From positions 53,478 to 117,477 of IMG/VR virus record IMGVR_UViG_3300046163_000090: a DNA stretch of 64,000 bases; one strand, given 5' to 3'. Within the stretch, counting starts at the first letter, position 1. Each line of letters starts with the position of its first letter. The notes under the pieces were generated by a model. The model did not search any database and was not told the DNA's origin. It saw only the letters and a list, made by a program, of their open reading frames with translations. Position numbers and translations under genes: made by a program. Origin of the DNA: a virus. Shown piece after piece: positions 10,056-20,431 of this stretch.

Positions 10056-11165
10056 TTACACTACGATACCGAAAAGAGCTCGGTTGTCAAGAATCATACG
10101 ACCTTCTTCAACAGATCCATAGTATCCGATCTTGGACTGGCGAACACTGTATTGATCGTCAGCAACCAAGGAGAACTCGGAACCTGTTTCAGAATCGGTA
10201 GCAACTGCACGAAGCATAGATTCAACACGTTTGTCAAGACCAATAACGATTTCGTGATCAGCATCAGCAAATCCTACACCAGTCGAAACACGGTTAGCAT
10301 CGCTGTCAAGAGCTTCGAAAAGCTTATTGAAGCGTTGACCTTTACCCATTTCTTGAAGCTCCATGATGTTAATACCATAGAATTCAGGAATACCACCGTT
10401 AGAGTAAACAGCTTCACGCATGCTATCAGTAGCAGTGATGTCTGTGTTATTTCCACGAGTGTTAATTGGGTTATAAGCCATTTCACGAAGGCCTTGTACA
10501 ACTTCAGGAGAAACGATCAAGTCAGTTACTCCACGACCACCGATACCGCCTTCAGGTGTTCCACCTGTCCACGCAGTGTTGATACGTTTACCAAGAGTAA
10601 GAAGCTTGTTAAAGTCGTCAAGGATTAGACGAGATTGCCCAACGTTAGCAGCAACATTGATGTGTGACCTGCCTTTGGTTGAAGCTTCTGCGAGAGCACC
10701 AAGCATAAGAGTTGCAGAGTTGCGCTCTTGCTTAAGTAAAACTTCTTGCGCTACGCGAGTAAAAGATTTACTGATAACATCCATACGGGAGCGTTGAGCA
10801 TAACGCTTATCGAAATCAACAGCACTATCAAGGCGATAGGTTGTGAATTTCATTTCACCACCGATAGGTGTTACAGTGTTTGTAGGAAGACCTCCAGGCA
10901 CTGCTTGACTCCATACTGTGACATAATCTTCGTCAGTAATGTCATAGTAAAGATCCATGGGAATGCTTGGGCTTTCATCCGCACTAAATTGAAAGTTTGA
11001 GAAAAGATTACTCAAGGTTGGAGCTTGATTAATAACCTTTGCGAGAACTGGTCCAATAAATTCTGCTAGAGCAACTTGAGCTTCGTATGCGACATCACGA
11101 TTTTTGGATGCCATGGCTTTTACTAGCTCGACTTGTTCTTCTGTTCTTTTTAATGTAATTTTCAT
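10056..11165 (-). CDS. major capsid protein
   Basis: 369 aa, in the order terminase-portal-scaffold-decoration-this gene. Has highly expressed-type codon bias, an AAAGG SD, a strong terminator and an HK97-like size and pattern. Confidence 0.8.
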   Translation of the reverse strand: MKITLKRTEEQVELVKAMASKNRDVAYEAQVALAEFIGPVLAKVINQAPTLSNLFSNFQFSADESPSIPMDLYYDITDEDYVTVWSQAVPGGLPTNTVTPIGGEMKFTTYRLDSAVDFDKRYAQRSRMDVISKSFTRVAQEVLLKQERNSATLMLGALAEASTKGRSHINVAANVGQSRLILDDFNKLLTLGKRINTAWTGGTPEGGIGGRGVTDLIVSPEVVQGLREMAYNPINTRGNNTDITATDSMREAVYSNGGIPEFYGINIMELQEMGKGQRFNKLFEALDSDANRVSTGVGFADADHEIVIGLDKRVESMLRAVATDSETGSEFSLVADDQYSVRQSKIGYYGSVEEGRMILDNRALFGIVV

Positions 11166-11195
11166 TTTTTAAATTTTACCTTTCTTTATTAAAAA

Positions 11196-11879
11196 TTATG
11201 CACAGTCGATTTTGACAATGTAATATGCTCCTTTTTGAAATCCAGCTTTTCCGAAAACATTAGTTCCACCTTGAGAACCAGCTTCGTCATCACGATCTCC
11301 GACAGCAAGAATTTGACCAACAATTTGGTTGGTTGCACTACCACGATCAACAGGCTCAACCTGACCATCTGCAGCGGTTTGCAATACTTGTCCAACTGTA
11401 CCAGCTCCTGTAAGAGCATCAGCTGAAAGAGTAACTAAACCTTTAGATAGAACAGGTACTGCTTCGCCAGGAAGAACTCCGAAAAGTTCGTCTTTCTTTA
11501 CTGGGTTGTAAAGCAAGTTCTCGCCGTTTTCGTCGCGAGTAACGGTTTGACGAAGCGTGATTCCAATGCAGCTTTCGGTTGCAGTTCCAGCAGTTGGGGA
11601 AACACTAAGAGCTGCTTGAGGGTAAGTGTTGCGTCCAACATGTGGATAGTCAGTTTTTCCAAGCAAACTTGCTGGATTCGATGTTACATCTACTGGATCC
11701 CAGTCACCCGTAAGATCTCCTGCGGATACGGTTACGAATACTCCAGCATCTCCTTGAGCTGTTGACCTTTTAGAAGAGTCAGACAGATCGATAAAGTCAC
11801 TAAGATTTCCAGCACTTTTGAATAAGTTTACGACATCATGTTCATCGTAATCTCTAAACGGTAATAGTCTAATAGCCAT
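11196..11879 (-). CDS. capsid decoration/cement protein
   Basis: 227 aa, Gly-rich, lies between the scaffold and capsid genes. GEAVPVLSKG and IVGQIL segments are beta-tulip-like. Confidence 0.6.
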   Translation of the reverse strand: MAIRLLPFRDYDEHDVVNLFKSAGNLSDFIDLSDSSKRSTAQGDAGVFVTVSAGDLTGDWDPVDVTSNPASLLGKTDYPHVGRNTYPQAALSVSPTAGTATESCIGITLRQTVTRDENGENLLYNPVKKDELFGVLPGEAVPVLSKGLVTLSADALTGAGTVGQVLQTAADGQVEPVDRGSATNQIVGQILAVGDRDDEAGSQGGTNVFGKAGFQKGAYYIVKIDCA

Positions 11880-11898
11880 TTTTAATTATTCCTTTATT

Positions 11899-13428
11899 TT
11901 AGTAGTTAATTGTTAAATTGTCTTCAGAAAAAGCTTTCTGAAACTTATCCTTTAAAGATAACTCTTTTTCAGAAGATTCAGCATTGTTATTAGCGACAAC
12001 TTCTTCTTCTGCTTCTACAGAATCAATAGCTTCTTCAACTACTTCTTCTTCAGTTTCTTTGCCAGACTTAAGTTCTTCAAGTCTTTTTTCTACAGCCTCA
12101 GCAAGCTTTGAATTAAATTCTTCTTGCTGTTGAGCGATAAATTCTTTGTTCTGATGCTTAAGTACGACTTGAAGTTTTTCTTGGAAAGCTGCAAAAGCTT
12201 CTTCAGATTCATCAAGGTTCTTAAGTTCACTAGCTACAACCTTACGACTTTCGTCATCAAGCTCATAGATGTCTTCTACCACAGACATTCTCGAATCAAA
12301 ACGAGCGACTGCCTCTTGTTGTTTTTGGCTTTGCTCTAATTCAGAAACGCGCTCTTTTGCAGTTTCGAGTTCTTCGCGAAGCTGCTTAACCTCTTCTGCA
12401 TTTTCTTCTGCAGCCTTGGCCAGTTCAGCTTTTTCAGTCTCAAGCTTATCTTTCTCTTGCACAAAAGAATCATTGCGCTCAAGAATAGCGTCGTTAATAA
12501 TTTTAGAAACAGTTGCCACAGCCTCTTCAGAAAACTTCTTACTGGAAGTCTGCTCTTCGAGGGCTGACACTAAGTTATTTAAAATTTCGTTATTGTCCAT
12601 AATAGTACTTTTTTTGTTAATTACATTAGAATTGTTGTTTTGTGAAATATTTTTTTTAGTTTTTTCGTGCTTTTCCTCTATTTCATGTTTTGCACTAACA
12701 GTCAAACCTTTAACATCTGCTGCTGGATTAGATGTAAAACCAATACCCAGGGGAAGGATTTGCCCTTTAATTAAGCGGTGTATAGGTGAGCCGTCTTTCA
12801 TTTTGCCCTCTCCCCCAAAACTTTTTAAGTTACCTTTAAGTTCATCAATTATTTTTTCATCCTCAATAATCTCTGCTTCACTCAAATTATCGCTTCCGAC
12901 AGCCAATACAAAATCATTAAATCCGATTTCCCAGCTAGCTGAAACTTGATGATAAAATTCACTTTCAGGATCGACTGACTGTTCAACAAGATTTGCAAAT
13001 TGAGGATTTACAGTTTTATATATTAACGAAGCGAGCGCGATATTAAATGGTTGATCCATTTCGGCAGCCTCTTCAGCTGTTATAATTTCATTGTCAAGAA
13101 AACTAGCAAAAGAAGCTGATACAATATGACCAACGACTTTTTGTTTTTGATGCTCAATGTTTGTAGGTTTATGTTTAAATTGATTTAATATCTCTACAGC
13201 TGACTGAGAATTAATGCCATCTCCGTTTTTATTAAACTTATTAACAAGAGCTCCATTAAATGCTACAGCCAAAAGGTCTAAATTTTTATCAAGATCAACA
13301 TCGTCAGGTATAATCTCTTTTAATGAATCAAGTGAAGCTTTACTGATACCAATTTCAGGAGAGTCAATTCCTCCAGAAGCTAAAATAGTATTAGAAAATT
13401 TTGTTTTATATTTAAATTTAGAGCTCAT
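11899..13428 (-). CDS. prohead protease / scaffold protein
   Basis: N-terminal NKNGDGI..KPTNIEH..VVGHI..SASWEIGF protease-like domain, plus a long acidic coiled-coil C-terminus. Confidence 0.75.
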   Translation of the reverse strand: MSSKFKYKTKFSNTILASGGIDSPEIGISKASLDSLKEIIPDDVDLDKNLDLLAVAFNGALVNKFNKNGDGINSQSAVEILNQFKHKPTNIEHQKQKVVGHIVSASFASFLDNEIITAEEAAEMDQPFNIALASLIYKTVNPQFANLVEQSVDPESEFYHQVSASWEIGFNDFVLAVGSDNLSEAEIIEDEKIIDELKGNLKSFGGEGKMKDGSPIHRLIKGQILPLGIGFTSNPAADVKGLTVSAKHEIEEKHEKTKKNISQNNNSNVINKKSTIMDNNEILNNLVSALEEQTSSKKFSEEAVATVSKIINDAILERNDSFVQEKDKLETEKAELAKAAEENAEEVKQLREELETAKERVSELEQSQKQQEAVARFDSRMSVVEDIYELDDESRKVVASELKNLDESEEAFAAFQEKLQVVLKHQNKEFIAQQQEEFNSKLAEAVEKRLEELKSGKETEEEVVEEAIDSVEAEEEVVANNNAESSEKELSLKDKFQKAFSEDNLTINY

Positions 13429-13443
13429 AAATATGTTTATACA

Positions 13444-15498
13444 CTAATTTTGCTGTTTTTGGCTATGATATAATATAGCAGAAGGATATTGTGTCAACTC
13501 ATTCTTTGCACTAATGTCTAAAATATCATTAATTGTTGAAAGTTCTGCGATCTTGTTTGTATTCTTAATGCAAGATAACATTGTGCGTTTCCATTGGTTT
13601 TTTTCTTTCGAACAAACTATTGATTCGCAAAGCTGCCCAATAAGTTGCTTTTGAGAATCGTCTATGCTTTTAAGTTTTTTATGTTTTTTAAAATTTTCCA
13701 AAGCATAAGATTCTAAATCTTGTATTTTATATATAACTTCCTGAACATTATCCCTGCCATATTCTTCAGCGGCTTGTAATGGTATTTGATTTGTTCCACC
13801 AGGTCTACCTGGACTCTGTTGTGTCTTGTTTACAGTTTCGTCCGTTTTAGTGATTTGCTCTTGCTGTTGCTCTATCTGTTCCTCCTGAAGCTCTCTATCT
13901 TTCTCTGACTGTACGCTTTCAATCATTGGTATCCCACCAACCAGCGGATTGTAATAGCCTTTTTCTCTCTCCTCTACATAGCCTTCCTGAGATACGCTTA
14001 AATCTTTTGGATTTGGGTACAGTCCAGTTTGCATGGATTTAATACCTTGCTCTGGAGTAAGTATTCCAATTTCTAGCAGTCTTGTGATAACTCTATGGAA
14101 TTGCACTTCGTCTTTAATATCGATTTCTTCAAATTTTGCGGTTGGATAACTTTTTAACCCCATGTTTCTGCAAACTTCTTTAATTTGGGGTTGAAGAAAG
14201 TCATTTAAGAATGCATTCCTGGACTCTTTTAATCTCTCCAAGAAAATCTCTGCTTTGACTTGGGTGTTGGAAAACTTTTCGCTACCAACAATAATATTCT
14301 GCAATCCTTCTTTAATATCTTCGTTGACAATCTTATACTTCTCTGCACCTAAAACTTTATTTAAATCTGGTATAACAAACTGAGCTTTAGTAGTATAGTC
14401 TGCAATTAAAGCTCGACCTACACTTTCGTTCTTAAATAGCTCTTGCATAGCCTTAAGATTGTTTGGATTTACTCCACCCTTATCAGGCTCAGCCCCCATT
14501 GTAATCAATAGAATAACATTTTCAACAGTTCGACAAATAGCTTGATCAATCTTTTTTAGTTCTATTTTCCAGTTTAAGTCATCTAATACGGGAAATCCAA
14601 AGGGCACCGCAAATGGCTCATAGTCCTGTTTTTTGTAAAATGAGTAGATTAGTTTTTGTGAATCAAGCTCAACCTTAATACCCTCTCTATTAAAAGATCC
14701 CTCTTTAACTTTTTTCTTCATCTCAGGGGTCAGTGACTCAAACACTTTTTTATCTTCTTCAGTCTTAGGGTCTCTTAATTTCTCTAACTCATAATCTGAT
14801 AATACTTTTTTATATATGCCATCCTGGAACGACGTAGCTTTCTCTATGACAATATCATAGGGATTAAGAAGCATATATTTAACTGGCAGCTGCCCAGACT
14901 TAAGGGTTTGTGATGCGTATACATAGTTTAATTTCAGCAAATCTTCCGAGCTAAATTTACCATCTACTCTATACAGAAATATATTTCCAGACCTATAATA
15001 CTCGCGAAAATACTGATCTTTTATTTTCCATATATTAATTTTCTTAAGCCAGCCATCAATAAACTTTTTTGACTTTTCATTATCTCCCTCTAAATAGATT
15101 GGTGAATTTGAAAATTCAGCCATAATGTCTATTGCATTTCTGAAAATTGAAATATTAGCATAAGCTTTTTGACACAACTCAATTGCATCCCTGACATTCA
15201 CTCCGTCAGCAGAATAATCATAAGGAAGTAATCCGTTTCTTATATTAGTATACTTGTCGGACTTTGGTTTTTTTGAGATTATGTTTCTCCTGCTTGTGGT
15301 AGTTCCATCATAACCAACTCTTCTATTTGTTGAAACAGTAGCTGAATTAGCTATCGCTTCTTGGGTATAAAAACTTTCGCCAGCTGTTTCAGGTAATGTA
15401 TCGAGAAGGCTCGGCATCTCTTTTGATTGTGCACCCTGTACTTGCTTGAATTTATTCCAGTATTCCGATTTTTTATTGTATTTTCTTTTATTACTCAC
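13444..15498 (-). CDS. portal protein
   Basis: 684 aa directly after the terminase. Has AYANISIFRNAIDIMAEF, FREYYRSGN and PFGFPVL portal-like segments; GTG start. Confidence 0.75.
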   Translation of the reverse strand: MSNKRKYNKKSEYWNKFKQVQGAQSKEMPSLLDTLPETAGESFYTQEAIANSATVSTNRRVGYDGTTTSRRNIISKKPKSDKYTNIRNGLLPYDYSADGVNVRDAIELCQKAYANISIFRNAIDIMAEFSNSPIYLEGDNEKSKKFIDGWLKKINIWKIKDQYFREYYRSGNIFLYRVDGKFSSEDLLKLNYVYASQTLKSGQLPVKYMLLNPYDIVIEKATSFQDGIYKKVLSDYELEKLRDPKTEEDKKVFESLTPEMKKKVKEGSFNREGIKVELDSQKLIYSFYKKQDYEPFAVPFGFPVLDDLNWKIELKKIDQAICRTVENVILLITMGAEPDKGGVNPNNLKAMQELFKNESVGRALIADYTTKAQFVIPDLNKVLGAEKYKIVNEDIKEGLQNIIVGSEKFSNTQVKAEIFLERLKESRNAFLNDFLQPQIKEVCRNMGLKSYPTAKFEEIDIKDEVQFHRVITRLLEIGILTPEQGIKSMQTGLYPNPKDLSVSQEGYVEEREKGYYNPLVGGIPMIESVQSEKDRELQEEQIEQQQEQITKTDETVNKTQQSPGRPGGTNQIPLQAAEEYGRDNVQEVIYKIQDLESYALENFKKHKKLKSIDDSQKQLIGQLCESIVCSKEKNQWKRTMLSCIKNTNKIAELSTINDILDISAKNELTQYPSAILYHSQKQQN

Positions 15499-15545
15499 AA
15501 GCTATTATACACAAAGTTAAAGTAAAAGTCTATAAAAGTTAAAAG

Positions 15546-17405
15546 TTAACTTATAAACATTGGCTGAAATGTGCTTGCTACATTATCGGCCTTAATGTTC
15601 TGCATGTCATGTAATACTTTCACCATCCAGGTTCCAAGCACTAAAGCTGAATAGGAATCTTTCCTCGCCTTATCTGGACCAGTCTGCCTTCTTAACTCCG
15701 TAGGTAGACCAAAAGTTTGAGTTCCTTGCGGTGAGGTTGTAATTTGAATTAAAGCACATTGATTTTTAGTCATATTTATCATATCGTACTGGTGCTCTAT
15801 GAAGTCGATCATTTTTGCTGCGCCAGCTTGCTTTTGCTCATCATCAGAAAGTCTTAAAAATTTAAGCTTATCTATGGGTATTTTTTTAGCTCTCTGCTTG
15901 TGGTATGCGTCATCTACGGCTCTAGCTCCAAACCAAATTTTTTTATGATCAAAGTTGGCTTGCAGTAACTCGTTAGCTCTCCGTATCCAGTCTGATGTAG
16001 GCTTGCGCAATATTAAATACTTATAATTTTTTTTATCGTATTGAATTTTAGCTGCCCTTAACTCATCTTTATATGTATCCATTTTATCAAATTCTCCATC
16101 GATACTCTTAATTTTAATATTTTGAGATTTAAATAATTGCGATTCATTTACGGCATTAATAAATTGTACCCCTCCATTGTAATCTCCTACTATGGCTATA
16201 ATATTAAAATTCTTAATTAAATAATGAAAGTAGAAGATGTGATCCCTCAAAGGAGTTCCAGACATGGCATAGGAATGAACTAAGGTTGAAGTACCCCTGT
16301 CCTTATGGTACTTTAATATATGCATTGCAAAGTCATCACTACTTTCACTTTCAGACCAAGAAGGGTCAAAGGCCAGTATGTATTCATCCTCTGGATTACC
16401 CTTAATTTCTACATGAGGCTCTTCCCCATCCCTAACAGTGCAAGCTGCCATCCTAGAAGTCTTAAAGTATCCAGAGCTATCATCTGTAAATAAAGCTCCA
16501 AACTCGCGCTCAAACTGGGATTGACTCATTGTAGCTTTAGCTTGAGTAATGAGATTTTGATCGTATAATTGCTTGGGAGCACAATCATAAGAAAACTGCA
16601 TTATACATCTAGTAGCTTTATCTGTTTGATTTTCTATTAAATCTTCAAATTGACTATACAGCTTATACATATATTCAAATTTATAACTAGCAGAAGATAG
16701 CATTATTAATTTATTGTTTGGCCAAACATACCTTTCATCTTCTTTCATTTTGCCTTGATCTATTAATTTTGTTTCTAGATTGTACAAATCTTCTCTCTGA
16801 GTTGGATTTTCAACAACGGAAAGGAAGGGAACAATAACCTCATTGTAAATTCTTTCTGGCATCAATAAAAACTCATCAATAATAATTCGATGAAACCTAA
16901 AACCACGAAGCTTAGATCCGTCACCAAGAGGTAGAGCTCTGATTCTACTCCTGCCTATCTCCATTAGCCACTCGTCATTACTTTTTGATTTCTTAGTAAT
17001 GCAATCGGCCAGCATTTTAGCTTCAGGCTTGCTGGCGATATCTTCTATTTTTTTGAAAATCTGCTTAGACTGCCTAAATGATGCAGCTAATATACCAATT
17101 TCAACACCCTGATTTAATATCGCATCAAGAAAAGCATATATGCCTGTCGTGAAAGATTTAGACATACCACGAGACCACACACCCATAAAGTAGTCAGTCT
17201 CAAACATCGCCTTAATTGCCATATGCTGAAAAGGGAATAAATCTACCCCAGCAACAAGATTAGTTGTGAATGTAATATTATCTTTTAAGAATTTATATAA
17301 ATTTTCTTTAGCTTCATCTTCTTCAAGTAAGCCTTCTATATTAAAAATCTCCCTATTAATATCTTCCTTTTTTCTTCTGTTTTGATTACCTTGATTCCAA
17401 GCCAT
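15546..17405 (-). CDS. terL: terminase large subunit
   Basis: LFPFQ Q-motif, Walker A-like SRGMSKS, LRGFRFHRIIIDE Walker B, nuclease ILAFDPS..DDFA and C-terminal KDSYSAL. Confidence 0.9.
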   Translation of the reverse strand: MAWNQGNQNRRKKEDINREIFNIEGLLEEDEAKENLYKFLKDNITFTTNLVAGVDLFPFQHMAIKAMFETDYFMGVWSRGMSKSFTTGIYAFLDAILNQGVEIGILAASFRQSKQIFKKIEDIASKPEAKMLADCITKKSKSNDEWLMEIGRSRIRALPLGDGSKLRGFRFHRIIIDEFLLMPERIYNEVIVPFLSVVENPTQREDLYNLETKLIDQGKMKEDERYVWPNNKLIMLSSASYKFEYMYKLYSQFEDLIENQTDKATRCIMQFSYDCAPKQLYDQNLITQAKATMSQSQFEREFGALFTDDSSGYFKTSRMAACTVRDGEEPHVEIKGNPEDEYILAFDPSWSESESSDDFAMHILKYHKDRGTSTLVHSYAMSGTPLRDHIFYFHYLIKNFNIIAIVGDYNGGVQFINAVNESQLFKSQNIKIKSIDGEFDKMDTYKDELRAAKIQYDKKNYKYLILRKPTSDWIRRANELLQANFDHKKIWFGARAVDDAYHKQRAKKIPIDKLKFLRLSDDEQKQAGAAKMIDFIEHQYDMINMTKNQCALIQITTSPQGTQTFGLPTELRRQTGPDKARKDSYSALVLGTWMVKVLHDMQNIKADNVASTFQPMFIS

Positions 17406-17406
17406 G

Positions 17407-18333
17407 TTAAATTTCTCCTCTATCTATATAGTATTGTAAGTCAACATTCCATAAACTTTTTCCTAATGTTAATATTTTAGGTATTATGGATTGTGAATTA
17501 GCTCTATTGCCAGTGAACACAAATTGACAATAACCCTTATATTCATGAGTTAATACTCTCATATTATGATATATAAATTTTAAATTTGATTTATGAGGTC
17601 CAAACATATTATTTTTATAAATTTTATTTAAATCACTCTCTACAACAATAAATAAATAAGACTCAAATTGTTTTACTCTATCTAGTTCACGCTTAAACCT
17701 TTCAAATCCTCCAGACAATGTACCCTTAAAGTCTTGCTCAGCCTTCCTGTCTACATATGTATAATTATAATCTTCTCCAGCGACAGTATAATCGCCAAAG
17801 TCTAATTTTAAATCTTGTGACGAATTAAATATTAGGGGCTTCTGCTCTCTAGTGTCAATCATAATTTCTAGATCTTCGAACTCTGCATCATCATTAAAGA
17901 ATCTAGGGATTATAGGTTTCGAGAATAAAGGTTTTACTCCCGCTTTACTACAAGCTTTTGAATAAGACCCAAAGACATTTTTATATGTATCTATGTCGGG
18001 TAATTGAGATATTTTAAGCTCCAGATGATTGGGTGCATATTTAAGATTTTTATTCTCAATCCTGTCTTTTAGTTTTTTAATTATATATTCTCCAACTTTA
18101 TCTTTAGACTCGTTCTGACACCATTTTAACATTTGTTTACGAGTTGTAAAGTCGTGATTAAAATAATCTTCTTTATTCTTGAATGGCAGAGGCTCTCCAG
18201 TTAGTAAATTGTTCCTTGGGTAGTAAGTTGTATAATATGTAGCTAAATCAATCTTATGTTTCTTTAGATGAATATGCAAACCCTTTTCAGTTTCATATTC
18301 TTCTCCGCATACTTTACATTTAAATGACATCAC
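17407..18333 (-). CDS. C2H2 zinc finger plus ERCC4/XPF-type nuclease
   Basis: CKVC..LHIHLKKH finger; IMIDTREQKPL..LDFGDY..DRKAEQD..RFKRELDR ERCC4 pattern. Confidence 0.8.
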   Translation of the reverse strand: MMSFKCKVCGEEYETEKGLHIHLKKHKIDLATYYTTYYPRNNLLTGEPLPFKNKEDYFNHDFTTRKQMLKWCQNESKDKVGEYIIKKLKDRIENKNLKYAPNHLELKISQLPDIDTYKNVFGSYSKACSKAGVKPLFSKPIIPRFFNDDAEFEDLEIMIDTREQKPLIFNSSQDLKLDFGDYTVAGEDYNYTYVDRKAEQDFKGTLSGGFERFKRELDRVKQFESYLFIVVESDLNKIYKNNMFGPHKSNLKFIYHNMRVLTHEYKGYCQFVFTGNRANSQSIIPKILTLGKSLWNVDLQYYIDRGEI

Positions 18334-19366
18334 CCTTAGATATACCTAATATTCGAGACTTCCATTCATTCATTGACTCAAGATGGTCTGCCTCTTCCTT
18401 GATGGCTTTCTTTTGCATATCTGCCATCTTTACCATAAGCTTTCTCTCTTCTTCGTTTTGAAAGCTTTCAACCAAGGATAAGATTGAAGCATTTTTGTCT
18501 TGCCTTTGCGAAATACGTTTCGCTCTGTCCCCAGCAAGCCTTTGAATTAATGACTCTTGTCTTTTTTCGCACTGATTGTACTCCTCACTTTTAGTCTTTA
18601 ATAGCTCCGACAATCTGACTGTTAACTCCTGTTGCTCGTCAGCATCATCAAACATGCGGTTTAATTTCTCCATGTGAGAAGATATATTTTTTAAATTAAT
18701 ATAATCTACACATACATTAACATATAAATTAACCTCGTCAGCACTTAAGTCTGGCTTATCCCATGTTGCGCGTATAAACTCTGCTTCAAATAAATGTTGA
18801 TCCTCTTTCTTTTGGTAGTTGTTAATGATTTGAGTAAACCTAGGAGACTTTAAAAACTTCAATAAAGATTCTATTGATTTTCTCTCTAAGGTTTTAAGCT
18901 GTTTAGCTTCAAATTCGTTGTTTGTATATAAGTTAACTAAATACAGGCAATCATCAAATGTTTTTGGCGATTGGTAACTTGGTTTCTCCTGCCGCTTTTC
19001 TTCTTTTTTTCTTTGCTTAAAGACATCTAAATATTGATTAACAGCCCTTTGATGTCGATCTAAATTTTTGACTTCGCTATCAGGAAACAGTAATTGCGCA
19101 ATTTGAAAGCTAGACATGCCGTCTTGAGAATATTGCTCTATAAACTGTTTCTGCTCTTCTTTTAATACTATAGGTGTAACTTCCTTTTTTTTGGTAGTCT
19201 TATATTTCATATCCTGTGAGGCTAAATAAGCTCTTACCGCCCTGCCTTGCTTGGATCGACCATCTATCGTCCCATCCTTGAATGTAGCTCTAGTTAATTC
19301 AATGAGATCAGGTATCTTATGAAAATGCTCGTCAATAAACTTTTTATTCTCTTCTGTAAGCCTCAT
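18320..19366 (-). CDS. hypothetical coiled-coil protein (terminase small subunit candidate by position)
   Basis: 348 aa with an HTH-like GMSSFQIAQLLF segment and C-terminal coiled coils, upstream of terL. Function is inferred from position only. Confidence 0.5.
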   Translation of the reverse strand: MRLTEENKKFIDEHFHKIPDLIELTRATFKDGTIDGRSKQGRAVRAYLASQDMKYKTTKKKEVTPIVLKEEQKQFIEQYSQDGMSSFQIAQLLFPDSEVKNLDRHQRAVNQYLDVFKQRKKEEKRQEKPSYQSPKTFDDCLYLVNLYTNNEFEAKQLKTLERKSIESLLKFLKSPRFTQIINNYQKKEDQHLFEAEFIRATWDKPDLSADEVNLYVNVCVDYINLKNISSHMEKLNRMFDDADEQQELTVRLSELLKTKSEEYNQCEKRQESLIQRLAGDRAKRISQRQDKNASILSLVESFQNEEERKLMVKMADMQKKAIKEEADHLESMNEWKSRILGISKGDVI

Positions 19367-20061
19367 GTTATGATGTCTTTATCTTTAATTATTTTTAAAA
19401 CTTTTTCCTTGAAGAATTTGCGCATATTTTTTATCTGTTTATACCCTGCGCTTCTCCCTTTTTCGGTGGTTTTATAACCCAGCTTCTTAGCAACTTCGTC
19501 TTCACTCATATTTTCAATAAAAAGCATATTGTATATTTCATAATGCTTACTTGACAATTGTTCTCTGAGGTAATTATCTATTCGTTCAACAGCTTTATCG
19601 ACTTGAAATGATTCTCCTTTAAATGCATTAGATTCATACTCTTGAGCGTCCAGCCTTAACGGAATTTTTACATCGTGAGCACTTTTTTTGCTTTTTGTCC
19701 ACTTTTTATATAAGGGGCAAGTGGAATCCTGCATTCCAGATCTAGTAAAAGAGCAGAAGTTTTCGCCAGATACAGAAGTGTCAAAAGGGCAACTCGAACA
19801 AGGCTTGGCAAAGTTTAAATAATAATTTCTTAATATATTCTTAAATTGATTAGTTATAATTTTATTTATCCAAGGCTTGAGCTCTCTTTTTTGATCCCAC
19901 TGATCCCATTTTTGATAAATATGTACTCTAATTATTTGCTCTACATCCTCGAAAGATATCCATGGAATAGAGTCTAGAAACCATTTGTTTTTGCGTTTTT
20001 TTATTTCGGAATTAATTACATCAATTTTTTCCTCATAAGTTATCTTTTTATTTTTTGGCAT
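19363..20061 (-). CDS. RNA polymerase sigma factor-like protein with Cys-rich insert
   Basis: Region 2-like FEDVEQIIRVHI..KPWINKIITNQFKNILR, CSSCPF..C..C insert and region 4 HTH MSEDEVAKKLGY. Start reassigned to MPKNK at 20061. Confidence 0.7.
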   Translation of the reverse strand: MPKNKKITYEEKIDVINSEIKKRKNKWFLDSIPWISFEDVEQIIRVHIYQKWDQWDQKRELKPWINKIITNQFKNILRNYYLNFAKPCSSCPFDTSVSGENFCSFTRSGMQDSTCPLYKKWTKSKKSAHDVKIPLRLDAQEYESNAFKGESFQVDKAVERIDNYLREQLSSKHYEIYNMLFIENMSEDEVAKKLGYKTTEKGRSAGYKQIKNMRKFFKEKVLKIIKDKDIIT

Positions 20062-20395
20062 TTTTTCTAGGTCTGCCTCGCCTCTTTGGAGGGCTATCTT
20101 CAACACTGCCAAGATCAATGTTTTTAAATAGAGAACCTAGACTAAAAGAACTGTCTGTAGAAGATTCAATTTCGTATTCTAATCTTGATAAATCTGGCAC
20201 TTCATAAATCTCTGTACCTTCTTCATCTAAATCAGATTCTATTCTCCGTGCCTGAGTCTTTCTAGGTGGGACCTTTTGCTTCGATTTTACGCTCTCTTCT
20301 CCAGATAGTGGATGTCCACAGTTAGAGCAAAACTTAGGCTTAGAAAATCTGTATTCGTTTTTACTACCGCATTCTTGACAATATGTTGATAACAT
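20048..20395 (-). CDS. zinc-ribbon protein with C-terminal AT-hook-like motif
   Basis: YCQECG..FCSNCG and terminal KRRGRPRK. Confidence 0.8.
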   Translation of the reverse strand: MLSTYCQECGSKNEYRFSKPKFCSNCGHPLSGEESVKSKQKVPPRKTQARRIESDLDEEGTEIYEVPDLSRLEYEIESSTDSSFSLGSLFKNIDLGSVEDSPPKRRGRPRKNAKK

Positions 20396-20431
20396 AATTA
20401 ATTATAAATAATTATATACACAAATTCTATT

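Noticed and set aside
9972-13447. Long plus-strand ORFs such as 9972..10628 and 12269..12949
   Set aside because: These are antisense shadows of the codon-biased capsid and scaffold genes.
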